Shown: positions 1-11,419 of the stretch, piece by piece
Layout of the letters: every line of letters begins with the position of its first letter
Position numbering within the stretch: position 1 is the first letter of the stretch
Origin: Malacoraja senta
Taxonomy: Eukaryota
Length of the DNA stretch: 64,000 nt
Assembly (NCBI GenBank): GCA_038087875.1
Contig: JAXLNO010000438.1
Location: 124,001 to 188,000 of the forward strand
Direction: 5' to 3'
Program-made: the position numbers and the translations under genes
Notes under the pieces: model-generated
What the model was told of the DNA's origin: nothing
The model's input: the letters and a program-made list of their open reading frames with translations, nothing else
Databases searched by the model: none

Positions 1-666
1 TCAGAATGGCCTTGGTGTGGGCAAGGGGTTGAACGGCCAATTTCCGTGCTGTATCACTGTTATCTATGAAAGCAGAATAAATACTGCTTATAATAAAAGG
101 GCAAATAATAAACTGTCTTGCTGCTAAGTTGTGTATTCCTAGTTATGTTTTATCCACATAGCTAGTAATGTATAATACAAAGGGAAATTTAATAATTTGT
201 ATGTTGAATTGGCCTGTTTTGAGATTGGCAGGCAATTAATAAGATTTAATGTGGGCAAAATAGTGGGTTACAGTATTGTCAAATGTGACATTGTTTCGGA
301 CATTAATTTGAGGAAATTAGAGCTTAGCTTGCAGTTTTGTGTTAATATTAAAGATTCTGCTGCAGTAGTGAATTCTTTGGACTGGCATGCCCCCTTCAGC
401 AAAGACTACCAAACATAGAGGAACTTGCATGCTTATTGGATTTGCCTCAAAGTGGGAAACTAATTTAAAGCCTTTGAGTGTACATGAAGCAGCTTTTGAG
501 GTCTTGGAGAGAAGTGAAAAGCAGTTGTTTGAATGCACGTTTCACCTTGTTTCTGCACAGCGGGTATTGAAATAAGTGGGAGAACAGCAAGTACTGTTGA
601 ACTCAATTTTAATGACCTATTTTTCAAATTCAGTTACTGGTGAATGGAATATTGTTTGTATTTCAG

Positions 667-789
667 GAATATGTTGCATACAGCCACACAGGGCGAATTA
701 TCCCTGCCATCTGGTTCCGATATGACCTCAGCCCAATCACTGTAAAATATGTTGAACGGACACAACCTCTATACAGGTTTATTACAACA
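667..789 (+). CDS. ERGIC1: ERGIC1 (ER-Golgi intermediate compartment protein 1) penultimate coding exon
   Basis: tttcag|GAA acceptor and ACA|gtgagt donor; 123 nt, phase 0; encodes EYVAYSHTGRIIPAIWFRYDLSPITVKYVERTQPLYRFITT, recognisable as the ERGIC1 C-terminal luminal region. Confidence 0.95.
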
Positions 790-1713
790 GTGAGTAAACA
801 TTTGTTTAATCATGGTGATATGATTTTATTCTGTTGTGCTTATCCGGCACAGTTATACAATTTTCCAATAAACTTGCAATCAGGCATAATCAAATTAATT
901 TCAAATTTCCACCTTAAAATTTTTTTTTAAAATTCCAATTGTTTTGCATAATTATAAGTTCTAAGCAGCTGTTGTATGATATAGTTATTAATAACCCTTG
1001 GTGGTTTTTGAAGACAGCGTTCAGGGACTTTGAAAACAGGGATTTCCTCTGACTCAGTGTTCATGGTCTGATCTCCTGACTGGGTTGCCTGAGAGATTCC
1101 CTCAAAAATGAAAATAGACTGAATTACAATTTTAAAAAAGCACCGTGAAACAGTGGAAACAGTTAATAATTGAGAATGGCGACTTTATTTAATGAAGTTT
1201 GAAGCCCTGGAGTAGTGGGATCTTCATCAACTTTTCACTCCTGGGCCGTGCTTTTAAATTAAAGCCAGAATGATTAGTGGAGCAAAAAAGGCCTTTATCT
1301 CGATTAAGCATGTATGATATACAATGAATTTGGAAAAGAGATGTGAACATAAAGTTGTCTCTTAGTTTTGGATGTAAATTTGGCTTAATGATTCCAGGGT
1401 ACGTGAGGTAGTAAATTAAAGGTAGTGGAACTAGTAGTGGAAAAAGGTGGAACCAAACAGTGAAAGCTTTACTTTGCGTCTAACCAAACTACAACAGATT
1501 TTGCATTAAATAATGATGTTGACAGCTACCTAAAGTGCATGTTCCATTCCATAGCATCAGCTTTTTTCACCTTGAGCATAATCACTTCCAAACCTAGGTT
1601 AGCACCAAGGATGTCGTGCAGTGATAGACTGGGAAAAGATCTGGCATCTCAACCTGCGCATCCATGAGACATTCTAGACCAGCAGCAGCAGAAAGTTACA
1701 CTTCCATTAAGTT

Positions 1714-2451
1714 TGTCGGAAGGAACTGCAGATGCTGGTTTTAAGCAAAGATAGACACAAGTTGCTGGAGTAACTCAGTGGGACAGGCAGCATCTCTGAA
1801 GAAAAGGATTGGGTGATGTTTCAGGTCGAGACCCTTCTCCAGACTGATGTCAGGGGAGAGGGAGATAGAGATAAGGTAATGGAGTGTGAAAATAGGACAA
1901 AGGGAATAGAGATCAAGGAAAATGTAGAATAGATCATTGTTAGCTGGGAGAAGTTAACAACAAAGCAAACAGATAAAATGTATGCAACAAGTTGCTAAAC
2001 ACTTTAACTCCCCCTCCCATTCCCGAACTGTTCTTTTTGTCCTGGGCCTCCTCCATTGTCAGAGTGAGGCCCAACACAAATTGGAGGAACAGCACCTCAT
2101 ATTTTGATTGGGCAGCTTACACCCCAGTGGTAAGAACATTGACTTCTCTAACTTCAAGTAACCCTTGCTTCCCCTCTCTCTCCATCCCTTCCCGTCCCAG
2201 TTCTACAACCAGTCTTACTGTCTCCGACTACATTTTATCTCTGCTTTGTTGTTACCTTCTCCCAGCTAACAATGATCTATTTTTCATTTTCCTTGATGTT
2301 CATTCCCTTTTTCACACTCCATTTTCACACTCCATTTCCTTATCTATGTATCTCCCTCTCCCCTGACATCAGTCTGAAAAAGGGTCTTGACCCGAAACGT
2401 CACCAATTCCTTCGCTCCAGAGATGCTGCCTGTCCCGCTGAGTTACCCTCA
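1714..2451 (+). mobile_element. Penelope-like element 3' fragment preceded by an inverted terminal copy
   Basis: 1770-1982 is the reverse complement of 2229-2446; GIY-YIG C-terminal remnant (KLEEQHLIF-like) near 2050-2150; 9-bp flanking duplication cattaagtt at 1705-1713 and 2452-2460. Confidence 0.8.
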
Positions 2452-2814
2452 CATTAAGTTCATGGCTGAGCACATCCCTCACTCTGCCATTACTAACAAG
2501 CCTGGGGAGTAGCCCTGGGTTCACTGAGGAATGCAAAAGGCCATGCCAACAGCAACACCAGACATATCTGATGATGCTGACAAGGTTATAGCTTCTTGAA
2601 GCTGCAAAGCAGCATTACTCACATGCTAAATATCGCAAAAACGAGCTATGAAATTTCAGTACAATTGTGAACATTAAATGGTTAACAGGAGGAGGAGGTT
2701 CCATGGAAATTCTCACTTTCAGCATTGACTGGGTCCAGAGTGTGATTGTTAAAGAAAAGAAGCATTCACAACCACATTCAGTCAAAAGTGCTGAGTTGTT
2801 GATCCATTAGGCCA

Positions 2815-3340
2815 GCCCGTTCCAGGAAGGATGCAGAGGTTTTGGAGAGGGTGCAGAGGAGGTTTCCCAGAATGCTGCCTGGATTAATGGGCATTCGTCA
2901 TACGGAGAGGTTGGACAATCTTGGATTGTTTTCTCTGAAGCATTAAAGACTGAGGGAAGACCTGATACCAGTATGTAAAATTATGAGTAGGAAGGACCCA
3001 AAATGCTAAATTATGAGTTGCATAGTTAGGATAGACGGACTGAATCATTTTCCCAGGGTGGAAATGGCAAAGGCTGGAAGGCATAGGTTTTAAGGTGAGA
3101 AGGACAAAATTTAATGGAGATGTGTGGAGTAATTTTTTTTTTACTGGAGCCTGGAGTGATGGTGGAAGCAGATACGATAGTGGACGTTTAAGAGACTTTT
3201 AGATAGGCACATGGATATGCAGGAAATGAAGGGATAAAGATCATATGCAGGCAGACAAGATTAATTTAACTTGCCATCATGTTCGGCGTGGACATTTTGG
3301 GCTGAAGGGCCTGTTCCTGCACTATACTGTTCTATGTTCA
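2815..3340 (+). mobile_element. CR1 (HER1-like) LINE 3' fragment
   Basis: Degenerate LERVQRRF/RGDLI-type CR1 ORF2 C-terminal sequence, ending in gggcctgttcctgcactatactgttctatgttc tail. Confidence 0.7.
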
Positions 3341-4099
3341 CTTCCCTCTGAGATCCCACTACCACTGAAGTTGGTCACTGGCCAGTTTAATTCAACGCCA
3401 TATGATGACAGGAAATGGCAGAGAATGCTGGATACAGGAAAGACTGTGTTACCAAGGACTGGGCTCCAGAACCAGCTATGCTGTCGGCGAAACTGTTGCA
3501 GCATAGTTTCAATACTGACATCTACCTGATGATGTAGAAAATTGCCCAGTATGCCGTGCACACAAAAAGCAGGGCAGATCTAAACCTCTCATTGCTGCTA
3601 CTCAGCGCACACACACTATCATCAGCAAAGTGATGGAGCTGTCACCATCCTGGGGAAAACAACCTACTTAATTGGCACCCAATCCGTCACCCTGAATAAT
3701 CATCACAAGGTGTTGAGTATAGAATCTACAAAATGTACTGCAGTTTCACATACATGTTTTGCTGACAGCACCTCCAAACCTGTGACCTCTACCACCTGGC
3801 TACCGCAGAGCTTTCTTCAGAGGACTGCAGCAATTTAAGTTTGACTTGCCACAACTCAATAAAGGCGATTAGAGATGTGCAGTAAATGTTGGCCTTGCCA
3901 CTGTTGCCTAGATCCCGAAAATGAATGAAAATAAATATTCCATCCCCCCCCACACCAATTGGTGGTGCAACTCTTATTGAGCCCCATTTAAATCTCTCCA
4001 TAGTCTTGCACTTGACATGTCATACTTCTTGCTCTTTCACCTTTTAATATTCTCACATTTGTGTGACACCGTTCAGAGATTTTGCTAGAATGTCGCTAG

Positions 4100-4912
4100 T
4101 AAAGAAGGCAAATGCAATGTTAGCATTTCTTTCGCTAAGACTTGAATATAAAAACTGGGATGTAATGCTGAGGCTTTAAGGCACAGGTCAGTCTGCTTTT
4201 GGAGTATTGCGAGTAGTTTTGGGCCCCATGTCTGAGGAGACACAATACGAAAAAAAAGCGCATCTCCGTCGAGGTAAAAGATTGAAAAAAAGTTTCCCTC
4301 AAATCCCCACCCCCAACATAAAAAAACCCAAGGAACACTAAAACATACTTTTAACACATACTAAAAATAAAAATAAAAAAAAGAAAGGACTGTTGGCGAG
4401 GCAGCCTCTGTGGGCGGTGCCACCTGCAGTGGAGTTTATAAGGATGAGAACTTCATTGAAGCTTACCAAATAGTGAAATGCCTGAATAGAGTGGATGTGG
4501 AGAGGAATGTTCCACTAGTGGGAGAGTCAAGGAGCAGAGGGCACAGCCTCCGAATAAAAGGATGTAACTTTAGAAAAGAGATGAGGAATTTATTTAGAGT
4601 GTGGTGAATCTGTGGAATTCATTGCCACAGACAGCTGTGGAGGCAAAGTCATTAGATATTTTTTAAGCAGAGATTGACAGATTCTCTCAGTCTGAGGCAG
4701 GGTCTCGACCCGAAACGTCACCCATTCCTTCTATCCAGAGATGCTGCCTGTCCTGCTGAGTTACTCCAGCATTTTGTGTATATTGACAGATTCATGATCA
4801 GTAAGGGTGCAAAGGTTATGGGAAGTAGGCAATTAAGAGGGAATGATAGATCAGCCATGATTGAATGGCGGAGTAGACTCGATGGGCTGAATGGCCTAAT
4901 TCTGCTCTTATG
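4100..4912 (+). mobile_element. CR1 (HER1-like) LINE 3' fragment with nested insertions
   Basis: ORF remnant LNRVDVERNVPLVGESRSRGHSLRIKG. Interrupted by a non-autonomous element fragment (about 4255-4425, -) and a 97-bp Penelope terminus (4685-4781) flanked by 12-bp TSD attgacagattc. Confidence 0.75.
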
Positions 4913-5820
4913 ACATGATCGCGTTCTCTCTCTCACTCCTCAGCCTCTCTAATGGACTGTGCTTCAAGAGTGTGATTTCAGGTCTCCTAGTTTAATCATC
5001 TTTGAACTGATACCTCTGTGTGAGCATGCTCCTTCAATTATGCTGTTTTCTGTGTCACATTCCCCCTTGTGATTTGGCCACTAATGTAATAAATTACCAT
5101 TTTGTGAACATTGTGTAAACCATTCCTATTCAATATCCTGGATGATCAATATTGACCATTGTCATTTAGAAAGGTGACAATGGTTCTTCTTTGATCAGAG
5201 ACACAGAAATTCCAACAATAGATCTTTAAGTTTGTTTTTGAATTTTTATATTATTTTGCAAAACTAGGCTTAACTTGTTTCCAGTGCAATCTCCTTCACC
5301 TCCCTCCACTATTTCATGAAACCATTGCCTTTGGAGCACTATTTGGAGCTTGAATGCCAGTTGAAAATCTACATTTCAATAAGCTCTCTACAATTTCAGT
5401 GCCAGTAAATTGCGAATCTTATCAAGCTAATCATTTAGCTATGCAAACGTCTGGCGAAGCTTCCATAATGTGTCTTATTTCTTTCCTCACTGTTCAAGTC
5501 AAGATTAGTTTATGGTTCATGTTTTTGAAACTAACGGTCTTGCTTCTGCTGCTCACTTTTCCAATCCAGCATGCCACAATTTTATGAATGAGAAAAAGAT
5601 TAGCATTAATGAATGTTGAAACTGATCACTGTTTATCGGGGGTATTAAGAGATTGAGATTCATAGTATTTAATGGACCAATGAACTCTCCGGCTTGCTGC
5701 TGACTTCCTTCGAAAGCTGCCGACCATGATGTAGTAGTCGCCGTGGTGCTAATTTCATGTTAACTTGTGCCAGTTGCTGTCAGGCTTTTTTTCTCTGAGA
5801 CCTTTACCACCCAACAACAG

Positions 5821-5899
5821 CGACCACCGCCATGGGTCACATTGAGCAACCACCACCATGGGTCACATTGAGCAACCTGCGCCATGGGTCACATTGAAC
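5821..5899. repeat. Short tandem repeat, about 26-bp unit x3
   Basis: ccatgggtcacattga core occurs three times in tandem. Confidence 0.85.
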
Positions 5900-5947
5900 A
5901 CAACTATTTAAGAAACCAAACTTTTTATAGAGTAAATGTTAAGATCA

Positions 5948-6110
5948 TAAGACATGGGAGCAGAATTGGGCCGTTCGGCCCATCGAGTCTGCTCCACCAT
6001 TCAATCACGGCTGATACATGTTTTCCTCTCAACCCCATTCTCCTGCCTTCTCCCCATCATCTTTGGGCACCCTTACTAATCAAGAACCTATCAATCTCCA
6101 CTTTAAACAT
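5948..6110 (-). mobile_element. CR1 3' end fragment
   Basis: Reverse complement of the CR1 3' UTR seen at 4800-4912 and 29400-29545. Confidence 0.7.
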
Positions 6111-7479
6111 ATAAAGGAAAACTGAAATATCTTAAATAGATGATTCATAATTTTTTTTTTATTTATCTGAGAATAAGGTGTCACACCATTTTTTGGGTGA
6201 AGTAAATATTATGCAATAAATATGGCTTAATAAACCATGAAAAAAATCGCTTCTAATGCCATGAAAATCTGCTCCCTATTTTGAACCATCGAATGACTAA
6301 CAACTACATCTGCCAATTTCTGCATTTAACTGCAAATATAAATACTGCAGAAGTTGCTGTCTGTTTCAGAGCAACGACTGCAAACCTTGAAGTTTCACTG
6401 TCGTAACGGTTCCAAAATTTGATCCATTAAAATTTATTGAATCTAAGGAAGCAGTCATTATTACTCGTACACTTACAAAGCTTTATCAAATACAAAATCT
6501 CTATTTTAAATTTATCTTTTAGTCCGAATTCGAGGCTTGTGAAATAGAATGATAATCTTTCATTGATTGAAAATTTCAAGTGTGATACTTTGGACTTTAA
6601 ACCTGCAATCAAAGACATAATTCGTACAGGTCAACTTTGGAGATTGATGGTGTTAATCCTGAGGATTGTGCATCATTGTTGCTATGGAATTATGTGAATC
6701 ATCCTGGTTCACTGAAAGTACCCTAGATTGTTTCCAGGGAGATTATCTGGTAGATGGCAGATGGTACATTGTTTATGGAGCAAATATTTGGGATAAAGGT
6801 GCAGGTTTCACACCTACAGTGGTGTGGTCATAATTTTAATTTAATAGAGTTATCAAAATGTGAGTTTGTAATTATCCATAAAGCATTTGTAAAAATTAAG
6901 TATGTTAGCCTAAATCTGATGACCTTACTGAACCTAACTTCTATTAACATGCCATAAAGATTAATAGTGGTATGAAAACCAATCGGATCCCCACAGATAG
7001 TATTATTTTAAACTATTTATATCCTGATATATAGTGTACTTTATCCACTTTCATTAATGTAGCTCTTAAGAAGCTTTTGTGACTGACCCTAATTTATTTA
7101 TTTTTATTTGAAAATTGTTTTGAGATTCAGTCGTCTATTTGAAATTAGAACTTGTTAGTCATATATCACTTTTTTAAGGGGAAAATAGTTGAGAGTAATG
7201 CATCCATTAGACATCCTGCTTTTCAAAAGAAAATCAGACAGGTGAATAACTGGTGGTAGACCACTATAAACTGTAATGAATGCATTCGGAGTGTACATCT
7301 TAGAAATTGTCACATTTAATACATCAGTTATTCTCCTGTCTGATTTTATTTTGCAAAGCAGGATGTTTAAAAACCTCAAGCACCTTTTTCCTTCCCCAAG
7401 TGGGTACGAAGTGTTACAATGCCAATTTTTTTCCCTGTCCATAATAACCTATCAATTCAATGAATGCAGTGGGAAATGC

Positions 7480-8065
7480 ACAGATGATGTTTTGGGTTGG
7501 GACACTATTTCATAACAATGGCGTAAAGCAGATCTGGTAGAAAAGGGAGAGGGGAAGGGATGGGGAAAGAGCTTGTAGGTGATGGGTGGATCCAAGTGAA
7601 AGGTTTCATTACCAGATGAGCTGGGAAAGGGGGTGGGGGGAGGGGTGGGGTTGGCTGGGTTAGTGAAGGCTGGAGATGAGATGATAAGTGGAGAGGACAA
7701 AATGGGTGTGGTGAGCTGGGTAGATGAGAAGTGGGGGAGGGGGTGAGGGGTACCTAAAATTGGAGAAATCCGTGTTCATATTCTCGGGTTGTAGGCTGCA
7801 CAAGCAGAAAATGAGGTGTTGTTCTTCCAGTTTGTATGTGGCCTCACTCTGGCAATGGAGGAGGCTGAGGTTGAGGACAGATGGGTCTGTATAGGATGAG
7901 GAATATAAGTGGCTTGTATCCGGGAGCTCCAGATGCCCCTTACGGACAGCACACCAAATGTTTGGCAAAGTAGTCCCTTTACCTCTGGTCTCACCGAAGG
8001 CCATGTTGAGAGCATCAAATGCAAGAGATTAGACTGCGGATGCTGGAATCTGCAATCTCTTGTGT
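7480..8065 (-). mobile_element. Penelope-like element fragment (GIY-YIG C-terminus)
   Basis: Translation FGETRGK...LSLLHCQSEATYKLEEQHLIFCLCSLQPENMNTDFSNF resembles the PLE endonuclease tail. Confidence 0.75.
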
Positions 8066-9064
8066 CTCCATTCAGCTGTTAATGTGAACATATCTAAATG
8101 GGATAAATGCTTGCTCTATGAAGTTTTTAAAACTATTTTGATTAGAATCTCTCTGCTACTGTACTGTAATATTCTTAATGATATAAAGCTGCTTGTAAAT
8201 ATATTTTGCTTTCAAGATTTCAAAATTAAATTATGGCCAAGTCTGTTGCATTTTGACATGCATGCAATGTAACTGCTGAATTATTTGCTCATGTGCTAAT
8301 GATTCTGAAACGTACTTGAATTTTACAACACTGTAAGCACTCCAATTTTATCTAGTTTAATTGTTCAATGAAGCTACGATTAAACAGTTTTTACTAAAAT
8401 GGTTTAGAATTGCCTGGCTTGTTTTTCTTTTGCCTTTTTCATTTCTTCTTCCCAACTACTGATTTCATTAAGGCCTTTAAGGAAAAAGACTGAGGAGGAA
8501 TTGTTGGTGTTCATTATTAATTTGAGATGAATACACTAAGTGGATAATTGGTCTACCTTAATGGAGATGAATAAAGTAACAGGTGACACATCTGACTTTA
8601 TAATATCCAGTTTTCAATGTTGCAAATCCAAGTTATGCTGTTGTGGAACAAGATATTGAGCCATAATCCCTGACCACACAGTAGAAATGGATGGTTCTGA
8701 ACTATAGATTATACAGAACGCTAGCCTGGAATTTGTAATGGCAGGACGTATACATCTATACTTTAATATTTTGGAAATATGGTGGGAAACTCTGAACTTT
8801 TATTCTGTGTTAGACCTCAAGATTAACATTTGCCCCTATGTACACTAAGTTGGTTAATTAGGCTTTTAGTTATTTTTTTGATTGACTAAATTGTTGATTA
8901 GAAGTATGACAATTCATTTAATTTCAGAAAATTAGTTTTGATACGGAAGGAAGAGGAGGAATAGGACTGTTGGAATTTCTCTGTTGGGACCTGGCAGGGA
9001 CGATGAGCTTAAAATACACCCTTTGACGTAATAATTAAAAAATGTTACTTTGTTCGTCTTATTT

Positions 9065-9286
9065 TAGAAGTGGAATTCTCTGCCACGGAAGGCAGTGGAG
9101 GTCAATTCACTGGATGTATTCAAGAGAGAGGTAGATATGGCTATTAGGGGTAACGGAATCAATGGATATGGGGAGAAAGTAGAAACGGGGCACTGATTTT
9201 GGATGATCAGCCATGTTCATATTGAATGGCACTACTGGCACGAAGGGCCAAATGGCCTACTCCTGCACCTATTTTCTATGTTTCTA
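9065..9286 (+). mobile_element. CR1 3' end fragment
   Basis: gtggaattctctgcc...gaagggccaaatggcctactcctgcacctattttctatgtttcta, a typical CR1 tail. Confidence 0.75.
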
Positions 9287-9393
9287 TCCTTCAGGTGAAT
9301 TTTCTTCCAAAACATTGTGCATGCAAATGTTATGTATATAAATGGTGGTGTTTCTATTGCAGAGTGATTCATTATATACTTCTTATTCCTTAG

Positions 9394-9501
9394 ATCTGTG
9401 CGATAATTGGAGGAACATTCACAGTTGCTGGGATCATAGACTCCTGCATTTTTACAGCATCAGAAGCTTGGAAGAAGATACAGCTGGGCAAAATTCACTA
9501 G
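9394..9501 (+). CDS. ERGIC1: ERGIC1 terminal coding exon
   Basis: Pyrimidine tract then ttcctTAG|ATC acceptor; encodes ICAIIGGTFTVAGIIDSCIFTASEAWKKIQLGKIH* (second TM helix plus cytosolic tail), in frame with the exon at 667-789; TAG at 9499-9501. Confidence 0.95.
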   Translation: MCAIIGGTFTVAGIIDSCIFTASEAWKKIQLGKIH

Positions 9502-10247
9502 CAGTAGCATATACAATTACTGAGCCAACCCAGTTTGCCAGTAACTGGTTTAAAATAAATTTGCATCATTTTTTTAATTTATGTCCGTCCATCAGCCAAG
9601 GTCATTCTAACTTAGTTAGATCTTGGGCAATTCTGTTTTGTACAAGTGCTCATCAGGAACTGAAAAATGCTATAACTGAGTTTAGAAAATCTAAAGATCA
9701 ATCTGCACTTCTCTCTTTACTAATGTTAAATTATATTCTGAATGAAACGGATGGCATGATTGAAGAAAGACTTAAGCTGAGAATTATTTGTGAAATGCAG
9801 ATATATTGTTCATTTTGGCTTAAGTCAAGAACCTAACACTGGACAATGAATAACCACCAGTTTTTTAACGTTTTTATGCTACTTTAATTAAAATTGGGTA
9901 TACGTAGAAATTTTTATAGTTTCTTTTAACAAAGCTCAACATATTTGCCATCCGTTGACTGTCTTTAGATTTATGATGATCCCAAATCAAAAGTAAGTTG
10001 TAGTGTCGTGGAAATGATCGGTTATAAATTCCAGAATTATTGAATTGTAATAAAATATCTGAAAATGTTACTATTTGTATTGCGTGGTTGCCCAAGATAG
10101 CTTGCTCTGTGCGTAAATGACAAAGATATGCATAGATTAATTGGTGTATTACAGATGCTTAAAAGAACATGTTGCATAAATAATATGACATCTTCAAGGG
10201 TGTTATAAAATTATGTTCTATGTTCATATTAAAATACCATTTTAGTA

Positions 10248-10446
10248 CAGCTGCTCCTCCACCTACGATGGGGTTACGTTCCGATAAACCCATCATAAAT
10301 AAAAAATATCGCAAGTCGAAAACGCATTTAATACAATTGGATCACATGACCGGAAGTGACGTCGGCTCATTGCCGTTGCCCAACGTTTGCACCATCGTAA
10401 AGTTGAAATATCGTAAGTCGAAGCATCGTAAATTGGGGAGCATCTG
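10248..10446. mobile_element. Tc1/mariner (pogo/Tigger-type) MITE
   Basis: TA on both sides; imperfect 23-bp TIR (cagctgctcctccacctacgatg vs reverse complement cagatgctccccaatttacgatg); ends resemble MER47A/Tigger5 as I recall them. Confidence 0.8.
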
Positions 10447-11369
10447 TATTGTTACCAGTAATTCATCACATTAAATATGAAAATTTACTGGATGCAACAT
10501 TTTATGCTGGAATTTTAAGTGTTAACTTGGAAGTTACACTTGGAAATGGTGGCGGAAGGCCATGCAAGAGGTTTATGTTTGGTTTCCGTTCTAATTATTG
10601 AAAGTGTTAATTATTCTTCCCTCACATTTGTGCTTTCATCAAAGTTGGTGAAATTGAATGTGTAGTAGTACTTACACAGGCAGTCAATGCTTTTCACACA
10701 TTCAGAGCAAGTAACCATAGATGGATTTCTTCCTGTGGCCTTCCATAAAATTGAATTATTTGAAATGAACTAGTTAAAATGAATCAAAAATGTTTACCAT
10801 GAATGGTGGTTCAAAAATGTAGCGGCACTCAAAATGTTATGAATTAGCTATTTAATTTGCTAAAAACATCAGTGGGCAAGGCAATAGGAGTGTGAAGGAA
10901 AAATTGCTTTTAAGATATATATTTAAAATACTGATGAAAAAGGGTGAATGGTGTCATACAGATATTATTTGCCAATGCATACATGCCGACTCTCTTGAAT
11001 AATGGTATGAATCATTCCTCTAAAGGTATAATGAACTAAATGTTTCTTCAAAAATATTCTTCAGTGAACAAAAATACTTTTCTTTATTGAGTGGCCACCT
11101 TCTTGGACCACATAGTTCATGGTATAGGGACCCCAGCAATGCTGTTGAGTTGGGTGTTAACACAAGATAAGATATTATCTTATATAAGATATTAACACAA
11201 CAGTATGAAGGAACTGCACATATATGTTTGTGTTAGTGTGTGAGGGAGATTTTATAATTTATATTGTTCACATGTATCTTCTGTCGTCCTCAGAAATCAC
11301 AACATGGGAAGGTATTTTTGGAGAAGCCTCAGTAGTTGCTCTTGTGCCATCTTGCAGTGTAATGGAGGC

Positions 11370-11375
11370 AATAAA
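11370..11375 (+). terminator. Candidate ERGIC1 polyadenylation signal
   Basis: AATAAA followed about 40 nt later by a GT/T-rich tract (ttggtttgttctggtttg); would give a 3' UTR of about 1.9 kb. No transcript evidence. Confidence 0.3.
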
Positions 11376-11419
11376 TATTTTGTATTATGGATGATGTGCC
11401 AATCAAGTCTATTGGTTTG

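Noticed and set aside
640..930. 96-aa ORF as a stand-alone gene
   Set aside because: Only 667-789 is coding (ERGIC1 exon with canonical splice sites); the rest is intron read-through.
9342..9836. 164-aa ORF overlapping the ERGIC1 last exon
   Set aside because: Alternative-frame shadow of the terminal exon and 3' UTR; no recognisable motifs.
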